Assembly (NCBI GenBank): GCA_963669175.1
Contig: OY769902.1
Span: 4,352,001 to 4,416,000, forward strand
Direction of reading: 5' to 3'
Origin: a bacterium
GTDB lineage: Bacteria; Electryoneota; Electryoneia; Electryoneales; Electryoneaceae
Length of the DNA stretch: 64,000 bases
The notes under the pieces are model-generated. The model searched no databases and had not been told where the DNA came from. It saw nothing but the letters and a program-made list of their open reading frames with translations. Below, one piece after another: positions 47,101 to 56,100 of this stretch (positions are counted from its first letter, which is position 1; the number at the start of each line of letters is the position of its first letter). A program made the translations under genes and the position numbers.

Positions 47101-50100
47101 AACCGGGCTGGCCAAATCAAACTCTCCGGGTTCATGTTCAATGTCAATGTAGAAGGACCAGGTCTGGCTGGCCTGGGTTTCGTTGCCGTTGTCATCGTAG
47201 GCAACTACCGTCCAGTAGTAGGTGGTCAGATCGTTACCGGTATAGGTGTATGCCGGTCCCGGAAGCCCCACGACAACCGGTGTTCCCAAATCACCCGGAT
47301 CAGTCGATATATAGATATCGTAGCTGATTGGATCGCCATCGGGATCAGTGGTCAGGTTCCAGGACACGGTCACATTTTCACTCTCAAAGGTTGTACCGTC
47401 AGCCGGGTTTGCAAGCGTGAAGGGTAACGGCGCTTCCTCTACATAAATGCTGAAGCTCCAGGTCTGGCTTGCCGGGGTTACGTTCCCGTTCGGGTCTTTG
47501 GCCCGTACAGTCCACCAGTACTGGGTATTGTCGCTGCCGTTAAAAGTGTATGTCGTGCCCGCCAGATCGCTGGCAACCGGAGTTCCCAGGTTACCGGCAT
47601 CGGTGCTGACATAAACATCATACGTCACCGCATCGCCATCCGGGTCAGTCGTAGCATTCCAGGTCAGGGCAACAGAAGCGGTGCCGGAAACAGTGCCGTT
47701 TGTCGGGGTCAGCAGGCTGAATGCTGCCGGCGCCTGCTCAATATAAATGCTGAAGCTCCAGGTTTGTGTCGCCTGGGTTTCGTTGCCGTTATCATCCTTT
47801 GCACGCACTGTCCAGTAATACGTCTCGTCGTCAGTTCCGGTGAAGTCATAACTGGTAACGGACAGGTCGCTGGCTACCGGGGTGCCCAGGTTGCCCGCAT
47901 CGGTGCTGACATACAGGTCATAGGTTACCGGATCGCCATCGGGATCTGTGGTGGAATTCCAGTGCAGGGTTACGGTAGCATTGCCGGATACCGTACCATC
48001 AGCCGGACTACTCAGGCTGAAGGCATTTGGCGACTGTTCAACATAAATACTGAAGTTCCAGGTCTGGTTGGCCTGGGTTTCATTGCCGTTAGGGTCTTTG
48101 GCGCGAATGGTCCAGTAATACGTTTGGTCATCGCTACCGGAGAAGGTGTATGTCGTTACGTTTAAGTCACTGGCAACCGGGCTGCCCAGGTTACCCGCAT
48201 CGGTTGAAACATACACATCATAGGTAACCGCATCGCCATCCGGATCGGTGGTCGCGTTCCAGGTCAAGACAACATCTGTCGCACCTGCAACTGAACCAGT
48301 TGCCGGACTGGTCAAGTCAAAGGCCAGCGGTGCCTGTTCCACGTAGACACTGAAGCTCCAGGTCTGGTTGGCCGGAGTTTCGTTGCCGTTATCATCCTTT
48401 GCGCGAACCGTCCAGTAATACGTCTCGTCATCGGTCCCGGTGAAGTCATAGCTGGTAACCGACAGATCACTGGCTACCGGGGCGCCGAGGTTGCCTGCAT
48501 CCGTGCTGACATACAGGTCATAGGTGATCGGATCGCCATCAGGATCGGTGGAGGTTCCCCAGCTCAGGGTTACGGTTGAACTCCCGGAAACAGCGCCATT
48601 CGCGGGGCTGGTCAGGTTGAACGCAGTCGGGGCTTCTTCCACATAGATGCTGAAGCTCCAGGTCTGGTTGGCAGCCGTCTCGTTCCCGTTGGTATCCTTG
48701 GCCCGAATCGTCCACCAGTACTGTGTATCATCATTGCCGTTAAAGGTATATGTCGTGGTATTCAGGTCACTGGCGACCGGGGCGCCGAGGTTGCCCGCAT
48801 CCGTGCTGACATACACATCGTAGGTAACCACATCGCCATCGGGATCGGTGGTGGCGTTCCACTGCAAGTCCACAGCGGTTGCAGGAGATACTGTACCATT
48901 GGCTGGACTGGTCAGGTCAAAGGCTAACGGCGATTCTTCGATATAAATGTCGAAGCTCCAGGTCTGTGTCGCTTGGGTTTCATTGCCGTTGGTATCCTTG
49001 GCTCGTACCGTCCAGTAATAGGTCTGGTTATCCGCTCCGGTGAAGTTGAATGTCCTGATACTCAGGTCTGCGGCAACCGGAGTTCCCAGGTTACCGGCGT
49101 CGGCGCTGACGTAAACATCGTAGGTAACCGCATCCCCATCAGGATCAATCGAAGCTGCCCAGTTCAGGGAAACTGTTGTCGAGGTTAGCGTAGAAGCATT
49201 GGCCGGGCTGGTAAGGCTGAATGCGCCCGGGGCTTCCTCCACATAGATATCAAAAGACCATGTCTGGTTGGCGTCTGTCGCGTTTCCGTTGGGGTCTTTC
49301 GCCTGTACAGTCCAATAATAGGTTGTGTTGTCACTTCCGGTGAAATCCCAGGTCGTTGCTGGCAGGTCCGAAGCGACCGGCGTTCCCATGTTGCCTGCAT
49401 CTGTGCTGACATACACATCATAGGTTACCGCATCGCCATCCGGGTCAGTTGAGGCATTCCATGCCAGCAATACAGTTGTCGATCCCTGTGTACTGCCATT
49501 TGCCGGGCTGCTCAGATCAAATGCCGAAGGGGATTCCTCAACATAGATACTGAAGCTCCAGGTCTGGTTGGCTGGCGTCTCGTTGCCGTTGGGATCCTTG
49601 GCCCGAACCGTCCAGTAGTAGGTCTGGTCATCTATCCCGGTATAGTTGTAGGTCAGAACAGTCAGATCACTGGCGACCGGTGTCCCCAGATTACCTGCAT
49701 CGGTACTGACATAAACGTCGTAGGTAATCGCATCGCCGTCGGGATCTGTGGTTGCATTCCATACCAGCGATACGGTGGTTGTGTTGGAAACTGTAGCATT
49801 GGCCGGGCTGCTCAGATCGAAAGCGATTGGCGATTCTTCCACATAGATGGAAAATGACCAGGTTTCACTGGCCGGCGTCTCGTTACCGTTGGTATCCTTT
49901 GCACGGACAGTCCAATAGTAGGTCTCGTCATCCGTCCCAGTGAAATCATAAGTCAGAACGGTCAAATCGCTGGCAACCGGGCTGCCGAGGTTACCCGCAT
50001 CGGTACTTACATAAAGATCATAGGTAACATCATCCCCGTCCGGGTCAGTGGTTGCGTTCCAGGTCAAGGTTACGGTTGTTGTCGCAGATACGGTTCCATC

Positions 50101-53100
50101 AGCAGGACTGGCAAGATTGAACGCAGCCGGCGCTTCTTCCACATAGATGTCGAAGCTCCAGGTCTGGTTCGCCGGAACATCGTTGCCGTTGCCGTCTTTG
50201 GCATGAATGGTCCAGTAATAGGTCGTGTTGTCACTACCTGAGAAGTCGTAGGTCAAGACATTCAGGTCTGTGGCAACCGCGGTTCCCATGTTCCCCGCAT
50301 CGGTGCTGACATACACATCGTAAACAACCGCATCACCGTCCGGGTCGGTTGAAGCGTTCCAGGTCAGGGTTACGGTTGTCGTTGCCTGCGTGGTTCCGTC
50401 GGCCGGGCTGCTCAAGTCAAATGCTGACGGCGCTTCTTCGATATAGATGGAAAAATCCCAGGTCTGGCTGGCTGCTGTTTCGTTGCCGTTCGTATCCTTT
50501 GCGTGGACTGTCCAGTAATAAGTTTCGTCATCCACACCGGTGAAATCCCAGGTCAGGACTGTCAAATCACTGGCGACCGGACTGCCAAGATTACCAGCAT
50601 CGGTGCTGACGTAAACATCGTACGTTACATCATCACCATCCGGCTCAATTGACGCTTCCCAGGTCAGGGTTACGGTTGTTGATGACGCAACATTGCCATC
50701 TGCCGGGCTGGTCAGGTTAAATGCGCCTGGTGACTCTTCTACATAAATACTGAAGCTCCAGGTCTGAGTTGCCTGGGTTTCGTTGCCGTTGGTGTCCTTG
50801 GCACGAATGGTCCAGTAATAGGTTGAGTCGTCAAGACCGGTAAAGGTGTAGACAGTTACATTCAAATCGCTGGCTACCGGGCTGCCCAGGTTGCCTGCAT
50901 CGGTACTGACATATACATCATACGTGATGTTGTCGCCATCAGGATCGGAAGTGCTTTGCCAGCTCAGTTCAACCGTGGTTGTTGCGGAAACGGTGCCATT
51001 TGCAGGAGAAACCAGGCCGAAGGCGTTCGGGGCTTCTTCCACATAGGTGTCGAAGCTCCAAGTCTGGTCGGCCTGACGTTCGTTGCCGTTTTCATCTTTG
51101 GCCCGAATCGTCCAGTAATAGGTCTGATCGTCAGTCCCGGTGAAATCCCAGGTCAGGACAGACAGGTCACTGGCAACCGGAGTTCCGAGGTTACCGGCAT
51201 CGGCGCTGACATAGACATCGTAGGTGACTGCCTGTCCTTCAGGATCAGTTGTCGAGTTCCAGACTAGTGAGACTGTAGTTGAAGGACTGACCGTACCATC
51301 CGCTGGCGAATCAAGGCTGAATGCAATCGGCGGATCATCGTATGAGATAGCAAAGGACCAGGTCTGGTTCGCCGGGGTCTCGTTGCCGTTAGGATCTTTA
51401 GCCCGGATGGTCCAATAATAGGTCGTGTTGTCGTTACCGGTAAAGTCGTAGGTCAACACGGTCAAATCGCTGGCTACCGGTGTGCCAAGGTTACCCGCAT
51501 CGGTGCTGACATACACATCATAGGTCACCGCATCGCCATCGGGATCGGTTGAAGCATTCCAGGTCAATGTTGTTGTCAGTGATGTAGATGTGGCGCCGTT
51601 GGAAGGTGTGGCAAGATCAAACGCACCTGGCGCTTCCTCTACATAAATATCAAAGCTCCAGGTCTGTCCCGCCTGGGTCTCGTTCCCTGCCGGATCTTTG
51701 GCACGTACTGTCCAATAATAAGTTGTGTTGTCACTTCCGGTGAAATCATAAGTGGTCGCTGCCTGGTCACTGGAAACCGGTGAACCAAGATTTCCCGCAT
51801 CGGTGCTGACATACACATCATAGGTAATCGCCTGTCCTTCCGGATCGGTCGCAGCATTCCAGGTCAGGGAGACAGTAGCCGCTCCCTGGGTTGATCCATC
51901 AGCGGGGCTGGCGAGACTGAAGGCGTTAGGCGCATCATCGACAAAGATGTCAAACGACCAGGTCTGGTTCGCAGGGGTCTCGTTGCCATTTGGGTCTTTA
52001 GCCCGGATGGTCCAGTAATAGGTTGTGTTATCGCTGCCGGTGAAATCATATGTCGTAGCGGAAAGATCACTGGCGACCGGTGTGCCAAGGTTGCCCGCAT
52101 CCGTGCTGACATAGACATCGTAGGTGACCGCATCACCATCAGGATCAACCGATGCATCCCAGGCAAGGGATACCGTTGCTGCGGGTTCCACATTGCCGTT
52201 GGCAGGGCTGCTCAGGTCAAACGCACCCGGCGCTTCTTCCACATAAATGCTGAAGCTCCAGGTCTGGTTGGCAACCGTTTCACCACCATCCGGGTCCAGC
52301 GCATGGATGGTCCAGTAGTACTGCGTATCATCAACACCGTTGAAGGTGTAAGATGTAGCGTTCAGACCGGTCGCTACCGAAGCGCCGAGATTCCCGGCGT
52401 CTGTGCTGACATACACATCATAGGTAATCGCTCCGCCATCAGGATCAGTCGTCGCATCCCACTGGAGGTTCACGGATGTTGTCGGTGAAACAGTTCCATC
52501 TGCCGGGCTGCTCAGGTCAAAGGCATCAGGCGGTGGTTCGTAGCTGATGGTAAAGGACCAGGTCTGGCTGGCAGTCGTTGTGTTGCCAACAGCATCGCGA
52601 GCATCGACAGTCCAGTAGTAGGTCTGTCCATCAACGCCTGTATGGGTATAAGTTGTGTTTGTTATTCCTGTTGCTACCTGTGCAAGGTTGAAGATCTGTG
52701 TACCGACGAACACATCATAGACCACATTGTCACCCGGGTCGGGATCAATCGATGCTTCCCAACTCAAAGGCACATCAAGCGTATAGACTGTTTCAGTATT
52801 AGTCGGATCGAGGAGGTTAAACGCTCCCGGCACTTCCTGAATGAAGATGCTGAATTTCCATGTCTGGTTCGCCTGGGTTGAATTGCCATTATCATCAAAG
52901 GCAATGACAGTCCACCAATAGGCTGTGCCATCTGTGCCAGTATAGTTGTACTGGGTAGCGCTGATATCGTCCGCCACCAGTGTCCCCAGGTCGCCCTGTA
53001 CAGTTGAGACATACAGATCGTAAACAACCGGATCACCATCCGGGTCTGTTGTTGCGGCCCAATCGAGCAAGACAGTAGTCGAAGCGTTTGAAATGTAGAA

Positions 53101-56100
53101 ATCTGCAGGTGAAACCAGGTCAAAAGCGTTTGGCGGAAATTCTTCATCTGTCGAGAAACTCCAGGTCTGGTTCGCCTGGGTTTCATTGCTACCATCCTTG
53201 GCGCGAATCGTCCAGTAGTAGGTCGCGTTATCCGCGCCGGCAAAAGTATAACTTGTCCCGGACAAATCCGTTGCCACCGGCGCACCGAGGTTACCCGCAT
53301 CCGTGCTGGCATAGACATCATAGGTAATGGCTTCGCCATCGAGATCGGTTGTGCTTTCCCATGTCAGGTTTACTACCAGCGTGCTGGAGACAAAACCATT
53401 GGCAGGCGTCAACAGGTTGAATGCGTTCGGCGCATAGTCAACATCAATACCAAAACTCCAGGTCGAATTCGCCTGGGTCTGGTTGCCATTGGTATCCTTA
53501 GCGTAAACGGTCCAGTAATAGGTGGTCAGGTCGGTTCCGTTGAACACATAGCTGTTCGCGGAAAGATCGCTGGCGACCGGAGTTCCCAGGTTACCCGCAT
53601 CCGTGCTGACATAAACATCATAGGTTACATCATCGCCATCGGGATCTGTGGTGGCGTTCCACTGCAACGTAACGGCAGTAGCACCTTCAGTACTCCCATC
53701 GGCAGGTGATGTCAGTTCGAAAGCGGCCGGATTTTCTTCCACATAAATCGAGAAGGTCCAGGTTTGTGAAGCCTGGGTTTCGTTCCCGTTACCATCATAG
53801 GCCCTGACCGTCCACCAGTACTGGGTATCATCCAACCCGGTGAAGACATTGGATGTTCCTGACAAGCCACTGGCGACAGGAGCGCCCAGGTTACCGGCAT
53901 CGGTTGACACGTACAGGTTATACGTGATCGGTCCGCCCTCGGGATCTGTAGCAGCACCCCAGGTCAGGGTTACAGACGACGTTCCGGAAACGGTCCCGGT
54001 TGCAGGGCTGGAGAGATCAAACGCCGTTGGCGGATCATCCAGTGAGATGGAGAATGACCAGGTCTGGTTCGCTGCAGTCTCGTTTCCGTTGCCATCATCA
54101 GCACGAACCGTCCAGTAATACGTCTGTCCATCACTACCGGAATAGGTATAGTTATTGACGTTAATACCCGATGCAACCGGAACACCCAAATCAAACGCAT
54201 CCAGACTGACGTAGACATCATAGGTTACCGGGTCGCCATCGGGATCTGTGGTCGCTTCCCATGTCAGGTTGACATCGCTGCTGGTTTCTGTTGCGCCATC
54301 AGCCGGACCGGTCAGGTTGAACGCGAGCGGTGCGTTGTTGACACTGATAGTAAATGACCAGGTCTGAGAAGCCTGGGTTTCGTGCCCATCAATATCTACC
54401 GCACGAACAGTCCAGTAATACGTAGTGTTGTTTACACCGGTAAAGGCGAAACTGGTCCCGCCCAGTCCCGTAGCATCGGGTGATCCCAGGTTTCCCGCAT
54501 CGGTGCTGACATATACATCATAGGTAACTACATCACCCGGATCCGGGTCCGTTGTCGCTATCCAGCTCAGATTGACAATATTGCTTGCTGAGGTAAAGCC
54601 ATTTGCAGGCAGTTCAAGGTTGAACGGGTTGGGCGGTTGCCCAATATTGATCGAAAATGACCAGGTCTGAGATGCTGGTGTTTCGTTGCCGTTCGGATCT
54701 TTTGCGCGAACTGTCCAATAATAGGTCTGATCATCAATGCCGGGGAACGTATAGTTGGTTGCATTTACATCGGTAGCAACCGGGAGTCCCAGGTTTCCGG
54801 CGTTTGTGCTTACATAAACATCATAAACAACGGCATCGCCATCGGGGTCCGTTGAGGCTTGCCATGTCAAGCTGACCGATGCGGCCGTAGCGACTGCGCC
54901 GTTTGCAGGCGTGAGCAGGTTGAAAGCGCCCGGGGGATCCTCTACATCAATACTGAAGCTCCAGGTCTGGTTGGCCATCGTGGTATTGTTTGAAGGATCA
55001 CGTGCGCGAACACTCCAGTAATAGGTCTGGTCATCCGTACCGTTATAGGTATAACTCAACAACGTCATACCGGACACAACCGGTGTCCCCAGGTTGCCCG
55101 CATCTGTGCTGACGTAAACATCATAGACCAGCGCATCGCCATCCGGGTCCGTAGCAGCGTTCCACGTCAGCGTTACCGCAGTTGCATTCGAGACAGTCCC
55201 GTTGGCAGGGCTGGCCAGGTCAAAAGCATTCGGGGCATCTTCAATATCCAGCCTGAACCACCAGGTCTGGTTAGCCATGGTTGTGAGGCCATGATTGTCT
55301 ACCGCCTCAATAGTCCACCAGTACTGGGTGTCGTCTGCGCCGTTATAAGTGTACGTCGTACCTGATACACCAGTAGCAACCGGGCTTCCCAGGTTTCCTG
55401 CATTCGTACTCACATAGATGTTGTAGGTAATGACATCATCTGGGTCGGGATCTGTGGCAGCATCCCAGGTAAGGGCGACTCCGCTTGCGTTTGACGTTGT
55501 TCCGTTGACCGGGCTGCTAAGATCAAACACATTCGGGTTTTCAAAGGTGTAAATATGAAAACTGTACCCTGTATCGCCCGGGTCCGCCCACACTTCGTTG
55601 TTAAACGCATCCCGGGATTTTACCCGCCAGTAGTAGGTCGTATTGTCGGAAAGTCCTGTAATCGTATAAAATGTATCAGAGACAGTTACTGAGGACGAGG
55701 CAGAAAAGTCCGAGTTTACAGACCATTCCAGATCATAGCGGACGTAGTCGTTAGCGTCCGTATCTGTGGATTCTGTCCAGTTTACCAGGACACTTGTTGT
55801 GTTGACAGTATCCGTGTTACCTGGTGTTTGCAATGCGAATGCAGTTGGATTGTTGGGCAGGTAAGCATAAATATCTCCCAATAGCGCGCGAATATGCAGG
55901 TCACGGTTCAGGTTGCTCCAGGTGCCGTTGTTCTGCTCGGATCGATTAGCCACTCCGGGATTGTCTGCCAGGATGTAAGGCCGATCGGAACGATACCTGA
56001 ACCCGGCGTGAAAATCGGTGGTAACCATCAGGTTATAGGGAACCATATCAACACGGGTAACCGCATACGGTGTTGACAGCGTATTCTCAGGATACACTGG